From an uncultured virus (IMG/VR IMGVR_UViG_3300028800_000070) (taxonomy: Duplodnaviria > Heunggongvirae > Uroviricota > Caudoviricetes), in the IMG/VR virus record IMGVR_UViG_3300028800_000070: a stretch of 64,000 nucleotides of DNA; one strand, written 5' to 3'. Below, piece after piece: positions 8,925 through 18,964 of the stretch (within the stretch, counting starts at the first letter, position 1; the number at the start of each line of letters is the position of its first letter). The notes under the pieces are model-generated. The model was not told the origin of the DNA and did no database searches. It saw only the letters and a list, made by a program, of their open reading frames with translations. The translations under genes were made by a program, and so were the position numbers.

Positions 8925-11219
8925 TTATGGTGTCCATTGTCCACCTGAGTATTGATAAGAAGCAGGCGCACCAACTATAGCTCCTGTTGATCCTCCCTGC
9001 TGTTGAGAGGCTTGAGGAATCGAAACAGAACCATTCCCTACCTGAAGAGAGGTTCCCTGATTTCCATTAGGGCCAGGAGGCATAGTAGAAGTAGCTTGTT
9101 GAGGGGAAGGTAAAGATTGTTGTGGCAATCCTTGTACCTTTTGACTAAGTTGTTGATTATATGCAGCTATAATTTGTTGTGCCGCATTATTGAGTTTTGC
9201 AGCAGCATTTGATGGAGAACCTGAATTTATTAAATCTAATTTTAGACCTGGGTAAGCTGCATCTATATCGTTAAAATATCCAGAAAGTTTTGCATAATTA
9301 TTACTTGAAGCGCCTTGCATAGTTTGTACTCCATATCCTCCAATTTCAGGAAGAGCATCTAAAAGATTCGGCTCATTCCAGTTAATCCCCGCAAAACCTT
9401 TTCCTCCCTCATTGAGTAAGGTTAATGCATCATTAATTTTTGGCAAAACCTTTTGGATAGTTCCTGTTGCATCATTAATTGGTTTAGAAGATTCAAGAGC
9501 CTGATCGTTAATTTGTAGTAGTGAATTTACTTGCCCTGCAATGGCAGCATTACCAGGATTATCTTTTATAATATTTTCTAATTGGCTTTTGTAATAATCA
9601 TGCGCTGCCTGACTAATTGCTACAGGTTGATTATTAACATCTTTAGTTGTATATGGATCTACGGAAGACCATTTTCCGTTTACCTGTTGAATAGATGCGG
9701 GATCTGTTTCTAAGTCTTGCGCTTTTACATTGCTCTGAGATATACTAGAGCCATGAGCACCAGTTTGAGTACCATCTTGGCTAGTCATGTCACCTTTCTT
9801 ATTTACGGTCTCCCCTCCTGGTTCGCTGCCTGTGGAATTTTGTCCCTGTGCAAGCGCATTAGCCGTAAGAGTCGTAGCACCAACTCCAATTAAACTTCCT
9901 GCGGTTGCTTTTGGATGTGCAGCAACACCTCCTAATATTCTTTTTACAAGTCCTGGTGGTTTTGGTTTATTCTGTTCTGCAATGGCCGCATTTGTTTCGT
10001 CTCCCATTTGTTGTGAAGCAGCTTTTGCCACATAGGGTTGCGCTTCAATCATTGCACTTTGTCTATCTAATGCATCTCCAATATCAGGATGCATTGATTT
10101 TAATGCACTGCTGGCCGTACGTCTCATTGTGAGAGCTGCCGTTTCTTCAGGTGTCGGGGTAGCATTATTATCAATCTTCTTATAAGCAGATTGAAGATAA
10201 CTATCCAAGTTTTTAATATATGTTTGCAATTGTGTATCAGATATATTATCTGGAGAAACTACATTTTTATTGCCAGCATTTATTTGATTATTTAAACTGG
10301 TAATAAGATTATCTGTAGCGTCCTGTGCGGTTTTTCCTTCCCCCGGTTTAATAGCTGCCTTTTGCATAGCAAGCGCATTATTATCTATAAGATTTTGTTT
10401 TGACATTGATTGAGGATCCGTAGCGAGAGTATTATTTATTCTTTGTGATTCTTCGGTTAATTGAAGCGGTAAATTTGCCTGTACTTCACGAGGATTATTT
10501 CCTCCAACATAATTATCTAATACCCCTTGAGCTTTATTTTGATCTTCTAAATAATAAGGGTTTTTCCTTGCTTGATCCGAGAAGTCTAACCATACAGGAT
10601 TACCACCTGTTACGGGATGAGTCCCCGTTCTATCTGTTACCTTTACAGGTTGATCCCCAACTTTTGGGAAAGGTTTTTCTATAGCCTGCTGAGTTGCAGA
10701 AGTTTGAGGGAAGGCTTCTTCTAAAGGATTAAGAGGTGTTGATTGTGGAAATGTTTTTGAAATTGTATCTTCAGGGGGAACATAAACTCCCCTTCCACTT
10801 GTAATTGGTTTCGCTTTAACTTCTGCGGTAGTCCTAGGTATCTCTGGTAATTTACCTGAGAATTTATATTGTCCTCCGTTTGCTTCTTGAGGAGGAGGTA
10901 AAGGTGCTTCAGGGGTTTTAGCTATATTTCCATGTCCATCATAGATAGGAGGAGGTTCTCCTGAAGTATCGGCATCTCCTACCATTCCCATACCTGCCAC
11001 GATTTGTGCATTTGGGCCTTCTTTTCCTGAAAGTTCATTTATAACGGGAGTATTTGCTCCTTTACTAAGAGTATTTTGTATTCCTTGAGGAGAAAGATTT
11101 TGTGCAACCTTACTTACATCCTGACCTACATCATTCGCCACTGTTCCCACTCCTTTTTCAACATCCTGAACATAAGGATTTGCTTGTGCCGCTTGAATAA
11201 AGCTATCAATTAGACCCAT
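8925..11219 (-). CDS. putative internal virion / DNA ejection protein
   Basis: 764 aa, Q/N/A/G-rich, located after the tail genes as in podoviruses. Confidence 0.55.
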   Translation of the reverse strand: MGLIDSFIQAAQANPYVQDVEKGVGTVANDVGQDVSKVAQNLSPQGIQNTLSKGANTPVINELSGKEGPNAQIVAGMGMVGDADTSGEPPPIYDGHGNIAKTPEAPLPPPQEANGGQYKFSGKLPEIPRTTAEVKAKPITSGRGVYVPPEDTISKTFPQSTPLNPLEEAFPQTSATQQAIEKPFPKVGDQPVKVTDRTGTHPVTGGNPVWLDFSDQARKNPYYLEDQNKAQGVLDNYVGGNNPREVQANLPLQLTEESQRINNTLATDPQSMSKQNLIDNNALAMQKAAIKPGEGKTAQDATDNLITSLNNQINAGNKNVVSPDNISDTQLQTYIKNLDSYLQSAYKKIDNNATPTPEETAALTMRRTASSALKSMHPDIGDALDRQSAMIEAQPYVAKAASQQMGDETNAAIAEQNKPKPPGLVKRILGGVAAHPKATAGSLIGVGATTLTANALAQGQNSTGSEPGGETVNKKGDMTSQDGTQTGAHGSSISQSNVKAQDLETDPASIQQVNGKWSSVDPYTTKDVNNQPVAISQAAHDYYKSQLENIIKDNPGNAAIAGQVNSLLQINDQALESSKPINDATGTIQKVLPKINDALTLLNEGGKGFAGINWNEPNLLDALPEIGGYGVQTMQGASSNNYAKLSGYFNDIDAAYPGLKLDLINSGSPSNAAAKLNNAAQQIIAAYNQQLSQKVQGLPQQSLPSPQQATSTMPPGPNGNQGTSLQVGNGSVSIPQASQQQGGSTGAIVGAPASYQYSGGQWTP

Positions 11220-11757
11220 TTTTACCTCCCATTGAAATATATCCTAGTGGCGTTTGTCCGGTATCACTCATCCATTTATCAAGATCATTTACTGCAACTC
11301 CATTATCTGTTGCCGAGATGAACCTATTTCCTCCCATATAAATACCCGTATGTCCATCGGGCTGATTAGGATCTGAAAAATACATTGGATCACCTGGTTG
11401 AATACCATCAAGTCCCTGTACTCCTGTTCCCTTTTGAAGATTATTCTGCCATGCCTCAAGAGCAGTTCCTCCTTGTTTTGGCATTCCTGTTGCAGCCTCA
11501 ACAAAGGACTCGCACCATCCGTCGTAAGATTGATCTCCTTCATCAGTTGATGCTTTTTGTACGTCTGATGGTTCGCTTGTTGGCATTGAAGAAGAAGGGC
11601 TTGCTCCAACGCCAAGTCCTTGTGCAACTTCCTGTAATCGTGGGTCAGTAGCATTTGAAGATGAAGGAAGAACTCCCATTTGTGAAGCTACGGCTTGCAC
11701 GTTAGGATCGGTTATTGCTGGCGTAGTAGGTGTGATGGATGGTAAATTAGGCTGCAT
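11206..11757 (-). CDS. NlpC/P60 (CHAP-like) virion peptidoglycan hydrolase
   Basis: GWCESFV...PGD...GHTGIYMGG. Confidence 0.75.
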   Translation of the reverse strand: MQPNLPSITPTTPAITDPNVQAVASQMGVLPSSSNATDPRLQEVAQGLGVGASPSSSMPTSEPSDVQKASTDEGDQSYDGWCESFVEAATGMPKQGGTALEAWQNNLQKGTGVQGLDGIQPGDPMYFSDPNQPDGHTGIYMGGNRFISATDNGVAVNDLDKWMSDTGQTPLGYISMGGKNGSN

Positions 11758-12619
11758 AGCTCAGGTTCGCCCCACTTGGTAAGGTATTGGAATTGGAAGC
11801 CAATTCAGTAGCGGGAGAGCCAACGGTGGTTTGATAAAGTTGTTGTGTTGGATTAAGTGTGTGATATTGATTTCCAATTTGTGATTCTGTAATACCTGCC
11901 TGATTTGTTGATAAGGTAGCTTGATATTGCTCTTCGGCTTGTGCCAATGCAGTCGCTTGAGACATTTCTGTTGCGCTAAGCTGTACTCCGCTCTGCATTT
12001 TTGTAATTAAGCCTTGAAGCGTGGCGGCTTGTGCTGCGTTCCAACCTTGACCCTCCGTTGCCTGATTCTGTTGGGTAAGCGTTGCATTTTCTTGTGCAGG
12101 GATAAGGTTCTGAGCATTTTGTTGAATACCGGCATTAACAAAGTTAGAAGCGAGTCCGGCCGCGGTATTGGCGTTTGCTGTAGCCGCATTTGCCTGTGGG
12201 GTAAGATAGGCTGTCTCATTAGCTATCCCATTATTTACACTGGTATTATTGATATCATATCCTCGCGCTCCGGTATAATTATCAGGAGTGGCGTTCGTTA
12301 CTTTATTCGTTAGATTAGTCGCTTCCGTTTGAAGAGCAGGGACATTATACATTTGGTTCCCCGTTTGGTAGAGAGAAGTGACGGTAGGATTACTATTAAT
12401 AACATTCTGAAGAGGTTGGACCGCCTGTGAATTTTGTCCTTGTGCAGTATTGAAATTACCTGTTACATCAGCGCTTGACGTATTTCCTGCGGCAGTTGGA
12501 TCATACGATGAGATGGCATTATTGCCTGTATTTGTTGCAGTAGACGCTTCATTGTTTGCTGCTGATTCATCAAGTGAATCATACCTATACTTAAGTCTAT
12601 CAAATTTAAAGTTACGCAT
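11747..12619 (-). CDS. putative ejection protein, homolog of 58057..58812
   Basis: A/T/N/Q-rich; shared VP.LQ, GW...A..LQ.L...SGV.L motifs; start 12619 MRNFKFDRLKYRY. Confidence 0.6.
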   Translation of the reverse strand: MRNFKFDRLKYRYDSLDESAANNEASTATNTGNNAISSYDPTAAGNTSSADVTGNFNTAQGQNSQAVQPLQNVINSNPTVTSLYQTGNQMYNVPALQTEATNLTNKVTNATPDNYTGARGYDINNTSVNNGIANETAYLTPQANAATANANTAAGLASNFVNAGIQQNAQNLIPAQENATLTQQNQATEGQGWNAAQAATLQGLITKMQSGVQLSATEMSQATALAQAEEQYQATLSTNQAGITESQIGNQYHTLNPTQQLYQTTVGSPATELASNSNTLPSGANLSYAA

Positions 12620-12666
12620 AAAAAAAGACACAAGTCAGGGACTATGTGTCTGGGATTATTATAGCA
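12620..12666 (-). promoter_or_regulatory. -10 box plus ACAUA-hairpin/U-tract leader (copy 2)
   Basis: TGcTATAAT aatccc AGACACATAGTCCCTGACTTGTGTCT TTTTTT ATG. Confidence 0.7.
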
Positions 12667-12677
12667 TCTTCTCATAA

Positions 12678-13022
12678 TTAAGAAAGAGTTGTTGATTTCC
12701 AAGCGCTTCCAGTCCATACAGATAATGAAGGGGTGTCAGTATTGAGATATTGATCTCCCGTAAATCTGCCCGATGTTGGTCTGTTTGCAGCTAAACCGCT
12801 CAACGGGAAATTACCCCATGTCGGAACTCCACCTATAACGATAAGTTGTTGTCCGGTTTTGCCAACAGGAATACGAGCAAAGCTACCATTTGCACTATAA
12901 TATAAATCGCCATCAATAACGGGTGATGAAAGGAGATGTCTAGGCTTTATAGCGGAAGGGAGAATTGATTCCTGTCCGATTGTAAGAATTAATCCTTGTC
13001 CTTGATTTTGTTTAGGATCCAT
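12678..13022 (-). CDS. small tail-associated protein, homolog of 60381..60641
   Basis: GLAANRP...TDT..LSVWTGSAWKS C-terminus. Confidence 0.6.
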   Translation of the reverse strand: MDPKQNQGQGLILTIGQESILPSAIKPRHLLSSPVIDGDLYYSANGSFARIPVGKTGQQLIVIGGVPTWGNFPLSGLAANRPTSGRFTGDQYLNTDTPSLSVWTGSAWKSTTLS

Positions 13023-16000
13023 TAAACCTGTTCCTCCGTATCGGCATTTTCATGTTCAAGTGTTAATTGCAATAAGGTAGGGCTTACTCCTCCTGTTTGG
13101 GTAAGAATTGCTCCCACTTGATATTCTCTTCCTCTCCCTCCTGAGAAAGGTGCTTTGTGGAAAAGTTGTCCGGTATTTGTTGATCCTTGTAATTCTGTAA
13201 AGGATCCTCTATTGATAGCAATTTCTGGTTGTATTCCTGCTCCCGTTGGTAAAGCTAAATAATCAGCTCGTAAATTGAAATTAAGTTTCTGATGAGAAGC
13301 GTCCCCGTCATCCTGGATAAGCGTTTGAATTTCCCCTGACGACGCAGGAGGATTAGAGAAATTCACATTATCAACACCATATGCTCCTCCATCCTGCCAG
13401 GCAACAAGAAGACTTTCGCCAACAGGAAATGTACAGCCTATGCTTACCGTATTCCCGCTATTACCCGTTGAAATGACATAATCATACGAAAGGCTCGCAG
13501 GATAATACGAGTTATATGTACCATATGAATACGTTCCTCGTTGTTGATTCGTTGAGTTAGAATTAGCAAACAATCCAAAATGAATAAGAGAACGCCACGT
13601 TGTCATAGCTCCAGGATAGACTTCTGTATATGCTCCTTCTTCAATCATTGGCATACGTTTCAACTTATTTGAATTAGCATTTCCTACATCAAAGAAATAT
13701 GATCCCTGATAGTTCATCAGATAGCCTCGATAACCGGCAAAGAAGAAAAGATTAACATCAATACCCACCATTGCGTTGATTGATCCTTCAGGTACATCAA
13801 TAAAGAAGTCAAAGGTAGGGTCAGATCCGTTCCAGAAATAGATACGGCCTGCATCAAAATCATAGATATTTCCTCCGCGCCACATACCAATTGCTAAGAA
13901 CTCTCGCCAAAAGGCAAAACATCTAACGTGCCATCCAGGAGAAAACTCAATAAAATTAGGAACATAATTCGCTCCATCCCATACCGCAAGATATCTTTCA
14001 TTACCTATAATCTCAGCACCTGTTATTACACCCCCAAGAGGTTGATACTGAAATTGAATAGCAGGATGAAATTGAGTATCGGTTACTAAGAATCCATAAT
14101 AGGAAGTATATTCCGCTGTTGAAAAATTAGACGCGGTTCCGGTAGCAATAATTCCCGAATTTGTTGGATCAGTCAAATGAGCATGATATTGTTTCCCTTG
14201 TAAGACGCGCCAAGGAGTTGCGAAAATAAATTCAACTTCGCCTCCTGTTGGAATATTTGCAGCCGCTATTGTTTGAGTATCAATTACATTATTTTGTTGA
14301 TCGTGAATCGTAACTGTCCATGCTCCTGTTCCTTTTGTTGAAACATAAAAACCAATTGATGCTTGCGGATCATTTACAGGAGCTAACGCAAGCAAATCAT
14401 CAGTATCTTCAATGATAGTTGTAGGAAGTGTATATGTCTGTCCAGTTAGATTTTGATTTACATCAATATCTAGACGCGTTGTAGGAGCCGCAAATGGTAC
14501 ATTAGTTGAATAAGTTGATGAATGATTCGTTAGATTGTTGCTGTTGGCTGTATAGTCACTACGAGAGGCTGTGTGAGCATACATTGCTTCAAGACCTGTT
14601 GAAGACGCATTAACTATAATTTGATTATTGGTAGCAATTTGGGCAGCCGATTGTATATTATTCCAAAAACGAATATCATTTAGAAGTCCATCAAAGAAAT
14701 TCGTGACGCTCGATGCTCCCTTGTTTGCTCCGATATATAATAATGCCGCATTACTCGAAATTGCTGTTTTCGTTCCGGTAAAAGTTCCTAATGATACTCC
14801 ATTAAGATAAAAAGTGCCAAGGGAAGAAGCAGCAAGCCAGCTAACAGAAAGCCGATTCCAAACAGCGGTAGTAAGAGTTGGAAGATTCGTAGTAAGATAT
14901 TCAAAAGCTGTTCCGTCATTAGATATTCCTAACCGTGCCTGAGTAGTTGTCGTCGTAACTAAAGTATTATCCTGTATTTCATTAATTGCTGGGGTTGTAG
15001 AACCTGTTACAGAAGTTAAATAATTTATATTTACTCTCCCAACTCCTCCTGCTCCTCCATTGCCCCCATTCCCAGGTGCGGCTCCTCCTGCTCCGGCATT
15101 AGCGGTAATTAATCCTGTTCCAAGGGTTGCTGTTTGGGCTTTAAGTAAAATCGATCCAGCCCCGCCTCCTCCACCAGCTCCAGCCGTCCCTCCGGCGGTC
15201 ACTCCTATATTTCCATTACTTACAATATTTCCTGTATTAGTTATTGTTACGGCATTACAAAAGATTATTCCTCCTCCATTTCCGCCTGCGCCTGATATAG
15301 AGCTATTATCTCCTGGTACGCCACCGCCCCCACCGCCACCTCCAAGATTCATTGTTGTAAGATCATTTGATCCGGTAGTCCCCCCGCCCGTACCCCCCGT
15401 ACCATCTGAGGTGCTTTGTCCATTAGCTCCGGCAGTCCCATTTCCTCCACCTGCTCCTCCTGCTCCAAAATTGTGAGCATTAACAAAGGTAAATCCTCCT
15501 CCGCCACCGTTACCATTCGCATTGAGAGAATCAGTTCCAACGCCTGCTGTTCCTTCTCCTTGATTTCCTCCTGCTTGAGAAGGAACGGGGCCTACACCTG
15601 ATCCCCCACGAAAGCCGCATCCCGATGCAGATATAATACCAACTGGAGAAAGCGTCCCGTTAGCCAGGAAGGTTAAAATACCCCCTGTTGTCCCATTCCA
15701 TGCTTTAGCCGTCCATGTCACACCGGTATTAACCATCACATTTGTATACTGTTTCACAACTAATACTTGCGCTCCCGATGTGTATGTATTACTAAGAGGA
15801 TTTTGAAGCGTAATGGTTCCCGCTGTATATCCCTGGATTGTATTTCTTTCATATTGTCCTGCATTTGTTCCTTGGGTTTGATGAATTAAAATAATCTGTC
15901 CTGCAGCAAAGCTTGCGTTGGTCGCAGAAAGATTTTGTGTACCTGAAGTTCCAGTACAAGCTGAATCAATTGGAACTTCCGTTGTATTTATTGAAATAGT

Positions 16001-16705
16001 ACGCGACCCATCACTTCCTGATCCAAAAAAGCCTGATACACCAAATAAATCGAGCTTATACCCACGCGTAGCACCTGATTCATCCCATTTGCCAAGAAGT
16101 GTCATTGAGGATCCCACTGCCGGAAGCGTATTAGCATAGAAATATGTTTCTAATGTTAGATTTCCTGTAATTTCTAATGTTCCCGAATCGGCAGCCGTAA
16201 GGTATTGAGAGGATGCAGCCACTAATGAGAATGAATTAACATTGATAGGAACTCCTCCTTGAGCTTTAAGAAAATTAGTTGAAAGCTGTGGATTATTCTG
16301 TGTTGGGCCGTATCGAGCAATTGAGGAATCATTAGGAATATAAACATAGTCATCTCCCGTAAAATAAGATAAACCGTTCCCATGATTATTAGGAATCATA
16401 CCGAGATTTGACCATGCAGCTGCATTTGTTCGTTGATAAAAATTGCCTGTATTACCAATTGCAAAAGTTGTAAGTTGTACGGGTGTACGATCCATCCATT
16501 TAATAAGATCAGTCACTACGGAACCCGATTCCTTAATTGAAGAGGGCATGAGAGTTAGGGCTTGTGGATCATCACGATAATTGATAGCACGATTAAAATA
16601 AAAAGAATTGGGAATTTGACCCGCTGCGTTTTCCTTAGGGTAATCACTAATTCCACCAGTCCAACGTTTTTGTATAAAGGGTGCATCTGATTTCTTATTT
16701 GCCAT
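13022..16705 (-). CDS. large tail structural protein with inserted LamG-like and Gly-rich domains
   Basis: 1227 aa; LYIGA...FFDGLLNDIRFWN LamG motif; GGGGG repeats; beta-rich C-terminal half; follows the adaptor gene. Confidence 0.7.
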   Translation of the reverse strand: MANKKSDAPFIQKRWTGGISDYPKENAAGQIPNSFYFNRAINYRDDPQALTLMPSSIKESGSVVTDLIKWMDRTPVQLTTFAIGNTGNFYQRTNAAAWSNLGMIPNNHGNGLSYFTGDDYVYIPNDSSIARYGPTQNNPQLSTNFLKAQGGVPINVNSFSLVAASSQYLTAADSGTLEITGNLTLETYFYANTLPAVGSSMTLLGKWDESGATRGYKLDLFGVSGFFGSGSDGSRTISINTTEVPIDSACTGTSGTQNLSATNASFAAGQIILIHQTQGTNAGQYERNTIQGYTAGTITLQNPLSNTYTSGAQVLVVKQYTNVMVNTGVTWTAKAWNGTTGGILTFLANGTLSPVGIISASGCGFRGGSGVGPVPSQAGGNQGEGTAGVGTDSLNANGNGGGGGFTFVNAHNFGAGGAGGGNGTAGANGQSTSDGTGGTGGGTTGSNDLTTMNLGGGGGGGGVPGDNSSISGAGGNGGGIIFCNAVTITNTGNIVSNGNIGVTAGGTAGAGGGGGAGSILLKAQTATLGTGLITANAGAGGAAPGNGGNGGAGGVGRVNINYLTSVTGSTTPAINEIQDNTLVTTTTTQARLGISNDGTAFEYLTTNLPTLTTAVWNRLSVSWLAASSLGTFYLNGVSLGTFTGTKTAISSNAALLYIGANKGASSVTNFFDGLLNDIRFWNNIQSAAQIATNNQIIVNASSTGLEAMYAHTASRSDYTANSNNLTNHSSTYSTNVPFAAPTTRLDIDVNQNLTGQTYTLPTTIIEDTDDLLALAPVNDPQASIGFYVSTKGTGAWTVTIHDQQNNVIDTQTIAAANIPTGGEVEFIFATPWRVLQGKQYHAHLTDPTNSGIIATGTASNFSTAEYTSYYGFLVTDTQFHPAIQFQYQPLGGVITGAEIIGNERYLAVWDGANYVPNFIEFSPGWHVRCFAFWREFLAIGMWRGGNIYDFDAGRIYFWNGSDPTFDFFIDVPEGSINAMVGIDVNLFFFAGYRGYLMNYQGSYFFDVGNANSNKLKRMPMIEEGAYTEVYPGAMTTWRSLIHFGLFANSNSTNQQRGTYSYGTYNSYYPASLSYDYVISTGNSGNTVSIGCTFPVGESLLVAWQDGGAYGVDNVNFSNPPASSGEIQTLIQDDGDASHQKLNFNLRADYLALPTGAGIQPEIAINRGSFTELQGSTNTGQLFHKAPFSGGRGREYQVGAILTQTGGVSPTLLQLTLEHENADTEEQV

Positions 16706-16708
16706 AGA

Positions 16709-17701
16709 TTATCCTGATAAGGTTACACCAAATACCTTGTAGGCTGGTTTAGTAAGAGCTTGTTTCTTTCGGATAATAACCCTGCTGTCACGATCTCTAT
16801 AACTGTTTATCATTCCAATAAGTCCTCCTACTACTTTTCTGTCGTCAAAATCTTTTGAGGGATTATCGGGATCTCCTGTATAAAACATTCTGTTATAAAA
16901 TCCAGCTGATTTGACATCTTTTTTAATACTTGCATAGTAATCTGCTGCCGTGCCCCATCCTAAAACGACATGTCCTTCTTCAGGTATTTCAGGCGTTTCA
17001 CCGATTCGGTAGCTTGCAGGGGTTACCGTAGGATATGTCCAATTCATTGGTTGCCCATTGCTCGTTCCTAACGTGAGATGCGTTGTATCGGTATAGCCTG
17101 TTATTCGATACCAGGTTCCCTGTCCATAAACTGCAGGATCATTGACGGTCAACCAGCGCCCTATCATTGCTCGGGTAAATACAGCACTTGAATTTGCGAC
17201 AATATTTGATGCATTTGTTAAAGTAATTACTCCTGAGGAAACATCGGGGATTGAAAGATTTCTATCACGATAATGATAATAAATAACACCTGTATAGGTA
17301 GCTTGAGGAATAGGCCATATCTGAAAACTATCCTGTTCTACAAAAAAGAATTGTGGAAGCGCTGATGCTTGAATTTGAATCGAATTCAACTGTTCCCAAC
17401 GAAAACGGGAGCTAATAGGTGTGAGAGGAAAATTGACTGAACCAACGGTAATATACCCACCCTCAATAGTAACAAGTCCCGGAGGGAAAGGAGTAATCTG
17501 TACATTATTAGCAGTCGTTATCGTATAAGGTTTAACCGTTTTGTAATTAACCATTTTAGCTAAGATTAACTGATATCGTTGTCCCAGGTGATAATAGAAA
17601 TTATTATCAATATTGACATCAGTTAATGGGTTGCCATTCTGGTCAACCATATTTAATGCCCGATAATGTTCAGTTCGTATGTCAGTCGTGGTAAGTCGCA
17701 T
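16709..17701 (-). CDS. putative head-tail adaptor (tail tubular A-like)
   Basis: PQFFF...IWPIP...YYHY and PEIPEEGH motifs; position. Confidence 0.6.
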   Translation of the reverse strand: MRLTTTDIRTEHYRALNMVDQNGNPLTDVNIDNNFYYHLGQRYQLILAKMVNYKTVKPYTITTANNVQITPFPPGLVTIEGGYITVGSVNFPLTPISSRFRWEQLNSIQIQASALPQFFFVEQDSFQIWPIPQATYTGVIYYHYRDRNLSIPDVSSGVITLTNASNIVANSSAVFTRAMIGRWLTVNDPAVYGQGTWYRITGYTDTTHLTLGTSNGQPMNWTYPTVTPASYRIGETPEIPEEGHVVLGWGTAADYYASIKKDVKSAGFYNRMFYTGDPDNPSKDFDDRKVVGGLIGMINSYRDRDSRVIIRKKQALTKPAYKVFGVTLSG

Positions 17702-17702
17702 A

Positions 17703-18041
17703 TTATTTCTTTCCCTTAACTTTTCTCAATATATCTAATTCTCTTTTTAAAATCTGTTTATCATCTCGCAATTCTTTCAGTTCCTCCTGTTGCTGTTGTT
17801 CAATCAACTCAAGTATCTGATCCATTCTCTCTTCGGACGCTGTGCTTTGTAGATTTTGTCCTACAATAATCACTGAAAGAAGAACAAATTGACAAAATTC
17901 TTCAACAAACCAATTAACAATCCCAATGCCTCCTGGCTGTAATGCTGCCGGAATACCGATAAAAGCAATAAGAGCAAATAAATAAGCGCACCACATTGAG
18001 CCTACCCATGAGGTTAATTTTAATGCTATCCATTTATTCAT
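17703..18041 (-). CDS. DUF1003-like membrane protein, homolog of 59662..60000
   Basis: LTSWVGSMW, two TM segments, IIVGQN then coil. Confidence 0.6.
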   Translation of the reverse strand: MNKWIALKLTSWVGSMWCAYLFALIAFIGIPAALQPGGIGIVNWFVEEFCQFVLLSVIIVGQNLQSTASEERMDQILELIEQQQQEELKELRDDKQILKRELDILRKVKGKK

Positions 18042-18066
18042 AATCGATGATACCCTTTATGGGTAT

Positions 18067-18114
18067 AAAAAAAGCTACCAGGAAGGTAGCTATGTGCTTT
18101 ATTGTATTATAACA
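18067..18114 (-). promoter_or_regulatory. -10 box plus ACAUA-hairpin/U-tract leader (copy 3)
   Basis: TGtTATAAT acaata AAGCACATAGCTACCTTCCTGGTAGC TTTTTTT ATA; the ATG is 25 nt further on. Confidence 0.7.
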
Positions 18115-18174
18115 CGAATTTATTGGACTCCATCATACTGTAAAGCATAATCTATTAAATTACCCATATATCTA

Positions 18175-18957
18175 TTATAAACCAACTCCTAAAAGTAAAC
18201 GCGTCACTAAAGTTGCTCCGCCTGCCAGTGAGCGTAAAAATGAAAGATCGGTAACGATTTGATTATTTGATGAAAGTATATATGGTTGTCCAATGGTACT
18301 ACTTGCCCATGACGCATAGCCAGTCGGTACAACAACAATAGAAGGTATAAAGGGTACACGCACAACATTTGGTATGAGATAATCCAAGGCTACTGTCGGT
18401 TGTGTAATAGTATTACTCGCAAAGAAGATAGCCTGTGGCGCTTTGAAATAAGTACTTACATTTATAGGAGCTATTAAGGAAGGATTGATATCAAATGCGG
18501 GGAAATATGGTTGTGAGATTGATTGTCCCAACCATGAAGCAATACCTGTAGGGAGGATTACTACAATAGGAGTTTTAGTAAAAGGGAATACCGGTTGTTG
18601 TGGATAGAGAGTAATATATGGCTGCCCTATTGTATTTGATAACCAACTTGCTGTTCCCCTGGGTGCAAGTGGTGCTTTAAAATATGTCCCTATTTGCATC
18701 ACGCCCGGAATAAGATATTCTAATGTCGCTGTTGGTTGTCCTATGGTTGATGAAGTAAAAAAGATGGCAACGGGTGGTTTGAAATAGGTTCCTACATTAA
18801 CGGGCGTGGGTAATTGATTTATATCAATAGATGGAAAATATGGCTGTGCAATAGAATTAGAAAGCCAAGAACCAACCCCAGTAGGAACGACAACGCTAGA
18901 GGGAAGGCGCGGAACCTTGAGGACTCCTGATATTTGAGTTGTAATGAAATTTGGCAT
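18175..18957 (-). CDS. Pro-rich repeat protein (six I-x-QP units), homolog of 50903..51370
   Basis: Repeats PTG.ASW....I.QPY and TYFK.P. Confidence 0.7.
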   Translation of the reverse strand: MPNFITTQISGVLKVPRLPSSVVVPTGVGSWLSNSIAQPYFPSIDINQLPTPVNVGTYFKPPVAIFFTSSTIGQPTATLEYLIPGVMQIGTYFKAPLAPRGTASWLSNTIGQPYITLYPQQPVFPFTKTPIVVILPTGIASWLGQSISQPYFPAFDINPSLIAPINVSTYFKAPQAIFFASNTITQPTVALDYLIPNVVRVPFIPSIVVVPTGYASWASSTIGQPYILSSNNQIVTDLSFLRSLAGGATLVTRLLLGVGL

Positions 18958-18964
18958 ATACCTA

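Noticed and set aside
8925..11219. Tape measure protein / long tail
   Set aside because: No tail tube, sheath or tail chaperone genes recognised; the layout fits a podovirus with ejection proteins
15060..15476. Pro-rich plus-strand ORF (also 36091..36414, 56196..56474, 56967..57260 and similar)
   Set aside because: Antisense shadows of Gly-rich or conserved minus-strand genes
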